In this document: piece after piece, positions 35,812 to 44,007 of the stretch
Numbering within the stretch: position 1 is the first letter of the stretch
Layout: each line of letters starts with the position of its first letter
From: a virus
Taxonomy: Duplodnaviria > Caudoviricetes
Direction: 5' to 3' (one strand)
Length of the DNA stretch: 64,000 nt
IMG/VR virus record: IMGVR_UViG_3300012122_000001
Span: 1-64,000 of that record
Notes under the pieces: generated by a model
What the model was told of the DNA's origin: nothing
What the model saw: only the letters and a program-made list of their open reading frames with translations
Database searches by the model: none
Position numbers and translations under genes: made by a program

Positions 35812-36086
35812 TGAAGAACCTCAGCACGGCGATCGAAGTCGCGGCGGACTACGCCCTGCACCTCCACAAGCAGGACGGCGTTCCGAAGCAGAAGGCGATT
35901 GCCGCCGGGGCCGCCTCGGTCGTCCGTGCAGTCAGAGCCACCCGCGTCAACGACGCGAACGGCTTCATCGTGCCGCCCAGGAAGTACGTCAAGGATGCGG
36001 GCGTCGGATTCTCCGGCGACGCGATCATGGGAGCGGGATCGCTCCTGTCTGCGTTCGGTTGGATCAAGAATCTCGTGGGAGGGTAG
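35808..36086 (+). CDS. hypothetical protein
   Basis: 92 aa, ATGA coupling. Confidence 0.55.
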   Translation: MMKNLSTAIEVAADYALHLHKQDGVPKQKAIAAGAASVVRAVRATRVNDANGFIVPPRKYVKDAGVGFSGDAIMGAGSLLSAFGWIKNLVGG

Positions 36087-36087
36087 G

Positions 36088-36588
36088 GTGAGCGAAGCGG
36101 AAGAAAACGGCGAAGCGGACTTCCCGTCCGAAAAGGAAATCAAGGAAGCCTTCCCGAAGCTCGACTCCAGTAAAGTGAGCGAGCTCTTCAACATCCTCAA
36201 GAACGCCACGAGCCCCGACGCCCACGACGACGATCCGGACGACGCGATGGAGAAGGCCAACGCGATCCTCGACGGCCACGGGGTCGAAGGGATCAAGGCC
36301 GAAGACGGATATCAGGTCGACCGCTTCTGGCGCGACACGATTCTCATCTACGTCAACCAGGGCGACACCTACGAAACGACGATCTGCTACGACACCGAAG
36401 AGGGCGCCTTCTTCGTCGGCTCCTGGGGCGACTTCGTGGAGGAATGGGAGAAGGGCGGCGAGGAGGACGAGGACGAAGAAGAGGGCGAGGACGAAGAAGA
36501 GGAAGAGGAGTCCGAGGACGAAGAGGACGAGGAAGAGGATGACGACGACGAGACCTCAACCCTCGACGAAGAGGTCAAGGAGAACTAG
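36088..36588 (+). CDS. hypothetical phage protein with long acidic tail
   Basis: GHGVEGI..YVNQGDTYETTI..VGSWGD domain, then ~30-residue D/E run; GTG start. Confidence 0.7.
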   Translation: MSEAEENGEADFPSEKEIKEAFPKLDSSKVSELFNILKNATSPDAHDDDPDDAMEKANAILDGHGVEGIKAEDGYQVDRFWRDTILIYVNQGDTYETTICYDTEEGAFFVGSWGDFVEEWEKGGEEDEDEEEGEDEEEEEESEDEEDEEEDDDDETSTLDEEVKEN

Positions 36589-37266
36589 ATGTCTCTGACC
36601 GCAGAACAGTACCGGGCCCAGCTCGAAGCCCAGCGCGCGCTGGTCTACCGCGGCGTCCACCCGTCGGTCGCCGGTCAGCTTGTCCGGAGGGCCGCCCAGC
36701 GCGTCGCCCAGCGTGGCGGCATGGGCTGCAACGGGGACGACTGCTGCGGATCCTGTCGTGAAAACGGCCTGGGCCGGATCCAGATGCGGAGTCTCCGTCG
36801 GGACCTCGACCCGACGATCAAGCCTCGGCCGGTCATGGCCGGAGAGCAGTGCGTCCGGATCCAGGAGGTCCCTGGGGACGAGACGCGCCTCTACCGGCAG
36901 CTCGACGACTACCGCAGTCGCGGCTGGAACGTCATGGAGATCCAGAAGACCAAAGGCTTCCCGTCGGTCGCCGTCTACTGGGCCTGCCCGCCCGGCCGGG
37001 TGCCGATGGAGTCCCAGGGGCAGATCCTCCAGTCGCAGGCCTGGGGCGCCCCGCTCTACGTCGCAGGCGTCGGTGAAGGCGCCACCCCCGACGTTCTCGC
37101 CCAGATGCGCGCGTACGGTGACCTGGAATCCGTCAAGGCCGTCCGCGAGGCGATCACGCCCTGGCTCTGGGTCACGAGTCTGATCGGCTTCGGTATGGGC
37201 CTCATGAACACCCGCCGGATCGCGATCATGTTCCGGAAGCACCTGGGCGGAAGGAAGCGCGCGTGA
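36589..37266 (+). CDS. virion membrane protein
   Basis: GMGC, GLGR, GVGE motifs; C-terminal TM + basic tail. Confidence 0.7.
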   Translation: MSLTAEQYRAQLEAQRALVYRGVHPSVAGQLVRRAAQRVAQRGGMGCNGDDCCGSCRENGLGRIQMRSLRRDLDPTIKPRPVMAGEQCVRIQEVPGDETRLYRQLDDYRSRGWNVMEIQKTKGFPSVAVYWACPPGRVPMESQGQILQSQAWGAPLYVAGVGEGATPDVLAQMRAYGDLESVKAVREAITPWLWVTSLIGFGMGLMNTRRIAIMFRKHLGGRKRA

Positions 37267-37559
37267 GCATCGTCATTACGATCGGAGTCACGCTCCTCAT
37301 CGCGACGGTCCTCGTAATGATTTTCGGCCGCTTCCTATTCAGGAACAGCAGTGGACCGTTTCCGTGCTACCGGTGCGCGGCGGTCGCGACGACGGACTAC
37401 ATGGGGCTCCACTACTGCTTCATGTGCCGGACCGTCATCATGAAGACGATGCCTATGGTGCGGCACGATCCGCCGTACGGCTTCCCTGGATCCAGCGGAT
37501 ACCTGGAGTTTCCCGTTGAAGGTGGCGTGACTGAAGCGCCTAAGAAGAAGGAGGATTGA
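37263..37559 (+). CDS. membrane-anchored zinc-ribbon protein
   Basis: N-terminal TM, CYRC...CFMC. Confidence 0.55.
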   Translation: MSIVITIGVTLLIATVLVMIFGRFLFRNSSGPFPCYRCAAVATTDYMGLHYCFMCRTVIMKTMPMVRHDPPYGFPGSSGYLEFPVEGGVTEAPKKKED

Positions 37560-37560
37560 G

Positions 37561-37872
37561 ATGGGTGACGCGCCGTACATCATCATCAAGAACCGACCGG
37601 GCCTGACGCACGACAAGCTGATCCGGATCGCCAGGGTCTGGAGGAACAAGGAGACCGGCAACGTCGTCGAGGTCCGCGCGGTTCAGAAGGTCGTCCCGGA
37701 CAATTATCTGCGGATCGTCTTCTTCGACCCGAACGTCAAGATCGAGCTCTCCATGCCGCTCAAGACCAGGGAGAACCCGTTCCAGCCTCCCGGCCGGGCG
37801 ACTCCGCTCATGGAGCCCGGCTTCGAGGACCAGTACGAGGTCTACCAGGACCAGCGGTCGACGCGGGTATAG
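37561..37872 (+). CDS. hypothetical protein
   Basis: 103 aa, normal codon usage. Confidence 0.6.
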   Translation: MGDAPYIIIKNRPGLTHDKLIRIARVWRNKETGNVVEVRAVQKVVPDNYLRIVFFDPNVKIELSMPLKTRENPFQPPGRATPLMEPGFEDQYEVYQDQRSTRV

Positions 37873-37874
37873 AC

Positions 37875-38291
37875 GTGGACGAGCTCAACAGACCCCACAT
37901 GATCCCGACCGCCTTCGAGGACATCCCGACCCCTGATGAGCACGCCAGGGAGGTCCGCAAGATCTTCGCGATCTGCGGATTCTCGTCCGCGACGATCGTC
38001 TTCGTGGCGCTCGTCACAATCACCATCTGCCTGCTCAGAGGCGTCGCCCCGGCCGCGGTCGCGGTCTTCACGATGCTGACGATGAACGTCGCCGTCATCG
38101 CCTTCGGCGTGGGCTACGGGATCCCGGTCGGCCTCGTGTCGCTCAAGCGCCTCGAGATCGCCTACAAGATGGGCTACTTCGGACTCAACCAGAGCCGCGA
38201 GGTCGCGGCGTCGATGAAGTCGATCGCCACTCGAGTCCAGCGCGAAACGGATCCGATTCCGGTCCGTCAGCGGCCGACGACGGAGGGATGA
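37875..38291 (+). CDS. multi-pass membrane protein
   Basis: Two to three long hydrophobic stretches; GTG start. Confidence 0.6.
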   Translation: MDELNRPHMIPTAFEDIPTPDEHAREVRKIFAICGFSSATIVFVALVTITICLLRGVAPAAVAVFTMLTMNVAVIAFGVGYGIPVGLVSLKRLEIAYKMGYFGLNQSREVAASMKSIATRVQRETDPIPVRQRPTTEG

Positions 38292-38692
38292 ACGTGACCC
38301 GCGTTGAGACTCTCTTCCGGATCGCGCTCAACCACGCCGCTCTCCGTTTCCCCTGGATGCGGTCGGTGAAGTTCGCCTTCTGCCCGCTGGCCGATCGTCA
38401 CCACGGCAAGAAGTGGCGGCAGTTCGCCCATACCGATCATCGCGTGTACACGGTCTGTTTCGCGAAGGCCTCGGAGACGGACCTCACCGACGAGGAGATC
38501 CTGGGGCTGTCGGCGCACGAGCTTGGGCACATCGTCGGGAAGCGGCTCCGGTACCCGGAGCACAGCAGGGCGATCACCACAGCCAGAACCCCGAAGGCCG
38601 TCCAGGACGAGGCCGACCGGATCGCCAGAGAAGTTCTCGGATTCGAAGGCCTTCGGTACAATAAGAGGACCATCCAGGAACTTCGGCGATAG
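38288..38692 (+). CDS. zincin-like metallopeptidase domain protein
   Basis: SAHELGHIVG HExxH plus downstream EADRIA. Confidence 0.6.
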   Translation: MNVTRVETLFRIALNHAALRFPWMRSVKFAFCPLADRHHGKKWRQFAHTDHRVYTVCFAKASETDLTDEEILGLSAHELGHIVGKRLRYPEHSRAITTARTPKAVQDEADRIAREVLGFEGLRYNKRTIQELRR

Positions 38693-38700
38693 GAGATCTC

Positions 38701-39804
38701 ATGGAGCAGAGCGAGCTGATCACGGAGTTGGACGGGGACGGAGTCCGCTTCGTCGGATTCGAGAACCCGTCGCCGTTCCTGGCCCGGACCGTCATCAACC
38801 GGAACGAAGCCTACCTGATGCTCCAGGGCCACACGATCGACGTCGAGATGAAGGCCGGGAAGGATCCCGTGCTGCGGCTGTCGCCGGATCTCCGCTTCCA
38901 GTACATGACCGAGGCGGACATCGACCCCAAGACGAAGATGCCGCGGGTCATCAGGAAGAAGGGCGGCGAGGTCAAGATCCACCACTCGCACATGGACGAG
39001 TTCGTCCTGACGGCGCCGTCGCTCTTCACCAAGACCTCGAAGATGTCGGCCGCCTCATGGTCGATCCCCGCCGGTCCCCCGTCCGTCGGCGGCGCCTGCG
39101 CCTCCGCGGAGCTCTTCAAGAGCGCGGGCGCCTACAACGTGGCGCTCCGCCAGGGCGAGGTCGAGCAGCGCCCCGTCTCGAAGCCGGACTGGATCTGCCA
39201 GTACTGCTACGCCGGGAAGTCCAACTACATGCACCGGACCTCCCAGTACTCCCAGACCGCACGCTGGATCTGGATCTCCGGCATGGTCCAGCACCTGGGC
39301 CTGGAGGGCGCCGTCGAGAAGATGACGGAAGCCCTCAAGTTCCACCAGGGCAACGTGAAGAACCGGCAGCGCGCCGGAGAGAACCCGAACTTCTTCCGGA
39401 TCCACGACAGCGGTGATTTTACGCTGTCCCCCAACACCTACCTGCTCTGGTCGATGGTCGCCAGGGAGATGCCGGACGTCAACTTCTGGGCGCCGACCCG
39501 CATGTGGACCTTCCCGAAGTTCAACGAGATGGTCCGGTCGAATCCCGCGCCCGAAAACATGTCGATCCGGCCGTCGGCCCTCCACTTCGAGGACGCGGCG
39601 CCGGGCATCGACGGCTTCGACGAGGGGTCCTCGGCCCACCACATCGAGACGGATCCGGTCAAGGAAGGGATCGCCCAGTGGATCTGCCCGGCGTACCAGC
39701 ACGACGGCCACACCTGTGCGGGCGCGGGCGGGCCCAAGGGCGAGAAGGACTGCCGGGTCTGCTGGGTCCACACCGACATGTCCGTGTCCTACAGGAGCCA
39801 CTGA
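38701..39804 (+). CDS. GP88-like Cys-rich protein
   Basis: SWSIPAG..C..CQYCYAGKSNY, FFRIHDSGDF, FWAPTR, CPAY..C..C..CW. Confidence 0.6.
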   Translation: MEQSELITELDGDGVRFVGFENPSPFLARTVINRNEAYLMLQGHTIDVEMKAGKDPVLRLSPDLRFQYMTEADIDPKTKMPRVIRKKGGEVKIHHSHMDEFVLTAPSLFTKTSKMSAASWSIPAGPPSVGGACASAELFKSAGAYNVALRQGEVEQRPVSKPDWICQYCYAGKSNYMHRTSQYSQTARWIWISGMVQHLGLEGAVEKMTEALKFHQGNVKNRQRAGENPNFFRIHDSGDFTLSPNTYLLWSMVAREMPDVNFWAPTRMWTFPKFNEMVRSNPAPENMSIRPSALHFEDAAPGIDGFDEGSSAHHIETDPVKEGIAQWICPAYQHDGHTCAGAGGPKGEKDCRVCWVHTDMSVSYRSH

Positions 39805-40073
39805 TGAAGAACGAACTGCTGCTGGAGCTCGACCGCTTCATGGGGGGCGCTCGATCGAACCCTCCCCAGGCGAAGCTGTACGAGTTCCTGAAGGTGCTCT
39901 CGGCCGACGGCGGGCTCCTGGACTACTCGGAGCAGGACTGGGTCGAAGCCGGACGCAAGTACGGCCTGACGGACGACGAGATCGCCGCTTGGGTCGAGAC
40001 CGCGGCGTCCTGGATCGACGACACGACCGACGAGGGACGGTTCGAGCCGGAACCGTCTTTCTGGGGAGATTGA
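39804..40073 (+). CDS. hypothetical protein with RSNP motif
   Basis: TGATG coupling; MKNELLLELDRFMGGARSNPP. Confidence 0.6.
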   Translation: MKNELLLELDRFMGGARSNPPQAKLYEFLKVLSADGGLLDYSEQDWVEAGRKYGLTDDEIAAWVETAASWIDDTTDEGRFEPEPSFWGD

Positions 40074-40285
40074 TGCCGACCCCGTTCGAGATCGCCATGA
40101 AGGCGTTCCCCAGGTGCATCGTCGGAGGTCTCGACCCCCTGGGGCACAAGACCGTCTCCGACCTCGTCTATCAGGCGCTCCACGAGCTCGACATGTTCAA
40201 CGAAGGCCAGGACGGCGCGATCTCCTCGCGCGAGGCCGCGATCGTCAAGAAGTTCGTCCAGAAATTCAGAACGACCGAGGGCTAG
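40073..40285 (+). CDS. hypothetical protein
   Basis: TGATG coupling. Confidence 0.55.
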   Translation: MPTPFEIAMKAFPRCIVGGLDPLGHKTVSDLVYQALHELDMFNEGQDGAISSREAAIVKKFVQKFRTTEG

Positions 40286-40288
40286 ACC

Positions 40289-41623
40289 ATGTCCCGCATT
40301 CTCTACGAGCGCAGGATCGAAGGCGGCACGCTGAGTCTGGTGGAGTCGAATCCCCCAGGCGAGACGGAGATCGTCGTCCGCTTCGACGATCCGGACGGCG
40401 GGCCCGCCTTCAAGGCGCTCGCGAAGTTCCCGCCGGAGGCCAGGGAGATCGCGAAGTTCAAGCTGAAGCACGCCCGCGGCCGACTCGACGTCGAGGATCT
40501 CCTGCGTGAGTGGAGCGACCACGAGACCTGGGCGCTCTGGCAGGAGTGGTGGGCGGGCCTCAAGGCGCCTGTCAAGACCCGCCTCCTGGGCGAAGGGAAG
40601 GTCGAGCGCAAGGAGAACACGAGCGAGCTCCTGCCGTTCGACGAGTACGACGCGATCGTCGTCAGCTTCTCCGGCGGCAAGGACTCCATGGCCTGCCTGC
40701 TCGACCTGATCGAGAGAGGCGCCCCCAGGGACAAGATCGAGCTCTGGCACCAGTCGGTCGACGGCAGACCCGGCGTCGACGGCCGGTTCTTCGACTGGCC
40801 CTGCACGGAGAGCTACTGCAAGGCGATCGCCAAGGCTCTTGGCGTCCCGATCTACTTCCAGTGGCGTGAGGAAGGCTTCGAAGGCGAGATCACGAAGGTG
40901 AACCGGACCACGCTGCCGGTCGGCTTCGAGCTCGAACCGGGCGGCCTCGAGCACGGCGCCGTCGGGAAGGCCGGAGGCGGCGGCACGGTCGGGACTCGCC
41001 TGAAGTTCCCGAACCCCGTCGCCAACCTGATGACCCGCTGGTGCTCCAGCCTCCTCAAGATCGACGTCGCAAACCTCGCGCTCAACAACACGGAACGCTT
41101 CAAGTCCGGCAAGTTCCTCTTCGTGACCGGCGAACGGCGCGAGGAGAGCTCGAACCGGGCCGGATACGCGGAGATCCTCGAGCACCGGTCGACTTCGAAG
41201 AAGCGCCGCGTTGACCACTGGCGCTCGATCCTGGACTGGATGGAGCCGGACGTCTGGGGGATCATCAAGCGGTTCAGAATCCGACCGCATCCGGCCTACT
41301 ACCTGGGCTGGGGCCGCGTGAGCTGCTTCCCCTGCATCTTCGGATCCCCGAACCAGTGGGCCAGCGTCAAGGCCGTCGATCCGAAGCAGTTCAAGGCGAT
41401 CCTGGGCTACGAGCACCAGTTCGGCTACACGGTCCAGGCCGGTGGCGACATTGCCTTCCAGGCCAACCGCGGGAAGAGCTTCGTGCCGAACGATCCGGAG
41501 AATCTCGCGCTCGCCATGAGCGAAGAGTTTCCGGAGCCCCTGGCGCTCGTCCCTGCCGGTCAGTGGAAGCTGCCCCAGGGGGCCATGGGGAAGATCGCAG
41601 GATCCGGCGGCGGGCCGCTGTAG
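40289..41623 (+). CDS. PAPS-reductase-family (PP-loop) protein
   Basis: VVSFSGGKDSMAC, RWCSSLLKID, TGERREESSNRA, HPAYYLGWGRVSCFPCIF. Confidence 0.85.
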   Translation: MSRILYERRIEGGTLSLVESNPPGETEIVVRFDDPDGGPAFKALAKFPPEAREIAKFKLKHARGRLDVEDLLREWSDHETWALWQEWWAGLKAPVKTRLLGEGKVERKENTSELLPFDEYDAIVVSFSGGKDSMACLLDLIERGAPRDKIELWHQSVDGRPGVDGRFFDWPCTESYCKAIAKALGVPIYFQWREEGFEGEITKVNRTTLPVGFELEPGGLEHGAVGKAGGGGTVGTRLKFPNPVANLMTRWCSSLLKIDVANLALNNTERFKSGKFLFVTGERREESSNRAGYAEILEHRSTSKKRRVDHWRSILDWMEPDVWGIIKRFRIRPHPAYYLGWGRVSCFPCIFGSPNQWASVKAVDPKQFKAILGYEHQFGYTVQAGGDIAFQANRGKSFVPNDPENLALAMSEEFPEPLALVPAGQWKLPQGAMGKIAGSGGGPL

Positions 41624-41633
41624 AGGAGAAGCC

Positions 41634-41879
41634 ATGCAGATCACGTTCATCACCAAGGCCGGGAAGATCCCGAAGAACAAATGGATCGTGTACACGGGCG
41701 ACGGCACCAAGTATATTGCCCAGGTCCGGTACAAGAGTTCGGCGATCGACCGCGCGCTCACCGAGAACCGCAGGACCGGGAGGTCCATGGTCATCGGCGA
41801 GCTCTCGGCCGATCATCTAGGCCGGGTCTCCATCTACGATGCGATGATCGTCAACAGGGACGGGATCCGGAGGGTCTAA
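41634..41879 (+). CDS. hypothetical protein
   Basis: 81 aa, AGGAGA RBS. Confidence 0.55.
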   Translation: MQITFITKAGKIPKNKWIVYTGDGTKYIAQVRYKSSAIDRALTENRRTGRSMVIGELSADHLGRVSIYDAMIVNRDGIRRV

Positions 41880-42049
41880 TGATCAGGGTCGACCTTTATT
41901 CGAAGGACGGGGAGCACGTCGCCAACGTCCCCTTCCTGCCGTACGCGACCCCTCCGGACGCGATCATGTGGAGCAACCGCTTCTTCTTCCACCGGACAGA
42001 CGGGAAGTACTACGAGGGGTTCGTCCACTTCATAGTTCCGACGCCGTAG
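41879..42049 (+). CDS. small hypothetical protein
   Basis: TAATG coupling; last gene of plus-strand block. Confidence 0.5.
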   Translation: MIRVDLYSKDGEHVANVPFLPYATPPDAIMWSNRFFFHRTDGKYYEGFVHFIVPTP

Positions 42050-43228
42050 CTACCGCCTCGCCCTCGACATCCTCCTGGGGTTCGCCTTTGGCGCCAGCTT
42101 GTGCTTGTAGTACCTTGCTTCCGTCACGAAGGCCCTGGTCGCGTGCGCGCCCTCCGGGAGATCCTTGAAGTCCCAGTCCTTCCTGGCGTCCAGGCGGGTC
42201 ATCTGTCCGCACTTCTCGCAGGCGATTTTCGGATCCGAGTATCCGCCGACCGGCCCGATCTTCGCGATCGTGTCGGCCGAGACCTTCTCGCGGCTCATCG
42301 CGCAGTAGCCCGCGGTCTCGAGCTTCTGCGCCGCTCCGGCACGTTCGGCGCCCGGCGTCTTGTGGCTCCGGAACTTCCAGCTCTGCTTGTTCACGCTCGA
42401 GACCGCCTTGCATGATGGGCATGTAACGTAGACGGACATCCTGTTGTAGAGGCCTTTGAGCAGCGCCTGCGGAACGTACTGCCCGCTCATCGGACAGACC
42501 CCCGCTTCGACAGCGGCTTCCCGCTTCTCCTCCGCGGCGCTCTTCGTTGCTCCCAGGAGAACGCGCAACTCGTCCTCACTCGGACCGTTATAGTGCTTTC
42601 CGCTTACCTCGGCCTCGACGAACAGAAGCGGGTACTGGAAGTACGGCGTGACTCGCGGGATCGTGCGGATGACGTACTTGATGTCGACGTCGCCGCGGAA
42701 GTAGGCGCCCTCCAGGTAGACCTGCATGTTCCCCCTGAAGTAGCCTCCCCTCCAGTCGAACTTGATCACGGCGCTCTTGAGATCTGAGCGGCTCCCGAGA
42801 ACGTTCCTGATCTTGTCGAGATTCTTGTGGACAAACGAGTCGCGCGCCCGCTCGTACGCTTCATCGGCATCCTGGTCGGCGTACTTGTAGGTGCGCGTGA
42901 ACAGGTGAGCAACGGACTTGTAGTCCTCCCAGGTCCTGATGCTGAAGGTCCTGATGTTGGGCGGCGCCTTCTCTCGATCGAGCTCCGCGTAGCGATGCCA
43001 TCCAGAGTACTCCTCGCGTCTGGTCCGGTGATCCCTCTTGAGCTCGCCGGTCCTGGTCTTGATCGCCTTCATGAAGGAGAGGAACGCTTCGGCCGCGTAG
43101 TGCCGGTAGGCGTCCCTGAGTTCCTTCCGGATCTTCTCGCCGATCTCGTTGAACGCATTGACGAGCATGTCGGCGATCCGCTTGACCGCTGGATTTTTCT
43201 CCTCGTGAAGCTTGATCGCACGAGCCAT
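42050..43228 (-). CDS. hypothetical protein with two Cys clusters and C-terminal KANPRR
   Basis: 392 aa; CPMSG..CPSC and CAMS..CEKC repeats. Confidence 0.75.
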   Translation of the reverse strand: MARAIKLHEEKNPAVKRIADMLVNAFNEIGEKIRKELRDAYRHYAAEAFLSFMKAIKTRTGELKRDHRTRREEYSGWHRYAELDREKAPPNIRTFSIRTWEDYKSVAHLFTRTYKYADQDADEAYERARDSFVHKNLDKIRNVLGSRSDLKSAVIKFDWRGGYFRGNMQVYLEGAYFRGDVDIKYVIRTIPRVTPYFQYPLLFVEAEVSGKHYNGPSEDELRVLLGATKSAAEEKREAAVEAGVCPMSGQYVPQALLKGLYNRMSVYVTCPSCKAVSSVNKQSWKFRSHKTPGAERAGAAQKLETAGYCAMSREKVSADTIAKIGPVGGYSDPKIACEKCGQMTRLDARKDWDFKDLPEGAHATRAFVTEARYYKHKLAPKANPRRMSRARR

Positions 43229-43573
43229 CTATTCCTCCTCACCTTTCCCTGGATTCGCCGCAACCCGAAGTACGGGCCTCAGCTTCATCTTCAGCTTCGC
43301 CTTGATCCACGCGACCCGGCGAACGCCGCCGTCGGTCAGCGAGTAGAGGTACGGCTTCGGCTCCTCACGCCGGTTCGACCGGACGAGGCCGTTCCGGATC
43401 GCGCGCTCCAGGACCACCCAGGCCGCTCCCGGCGTGATCGTCTTGTCCCGCGGCCCCAGGCGCTCCAGGACCGCCTCGATCGTCGCCGGACCGCGCTCCA
43501 AGGTGAGCAGGATCGATCTGGACAGGCCGGTCCGATGCCATTCCTTTTTTCTCTTCTGCATGGAGTTCTCCAA
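43229..43573 (-). CDS. winged-HTH (PadR/BlaI-like) regulator
   Basis: ILLTLERGPATIEAV..ITPGAAWVVLERAIRNGLVRS..YLYSLTDGG. Confidence 0.65.
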   Translation of the reverse strand: MENSMQKRKKEWHRTGLSRSILLTLERGPATIEAVLERLGPRDKTITPGAAWVVLERAIRNGLVRSNRREEPKPYLYSLTDGGVRRVAWIKAKLKMKLRPVLRVAANPGKGEEE

Positions 43574-43928
43574 TTGTACCGTTTCGCTTCTGGTGAATCG
43601 ATCTTCCCTTCGACAGCATATCCTTCACATTCTGCGCCTGGGTCCCAGGGCGAATGTGCTCCAGGACGTTGACGCAGCGCCGGTTGTCACAGCCGTGCAG
43701 CAGCACCTTCCCGCGGGGGACCGTGCCGAACAGGATCCGGTAGGCGATCTTGTGGGCCCGGTGAACGAGCCCGCGCATCCAGAAGGCGCCGAAGCCGCCG
43801 TCCCAGGGCTCCGCCTTCCAGGTGCGGACCGAGGCTGTCCAGACCCAGCAGCCGGTCTTGAAGCCGGGCGGCGCCGTGGATTCGACCCGGACCTTCGACC
43901 AGAAGCGGGTCTTCTCGCGCTTCGTCAT
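43365..43928 (-). CDS. HNH homing-type endonuclease
   Basis: RFWSKV..CWVWT..RAHKIAY..LHGCDNRRCVN..H..GTQAQNVKDM. Confidence 0.85.
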   Translation of the reverse strand: MTKREKTRFWSKVRVESTAPPGFKTGCWVWTASVRTWKAEPWDGGFGAFWMRGLVHRAHKIAYRILFGTVPRGKVLLHGCDNRRCVNVLEHIRPGTQAQNVKDMLSKGRSIHQKRNGTIGELHAEEKKGMASDRPVQIDPAHLGARSGDDRGGPGAPGAAGQDDHAGSGLGGPGARDPERPRPVEPA

Positions 43929-44007
43929 TTCACCGTCTCTCCACCGTTTTTCAACACCAAAAAACCCTCAATTACCCCTGGTTACCGGAGCAAAACAGGG
44001 GCTTACT

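Noticed and set aside
16800-43260. NPG motifs (LANPG, RTNPG, FANPG, AANPG) as 2A ribosomal-skipping sites
   Set aside because: None matches DxExNPG-P, and 2A skipping is not known to work on bacterial ribosomes
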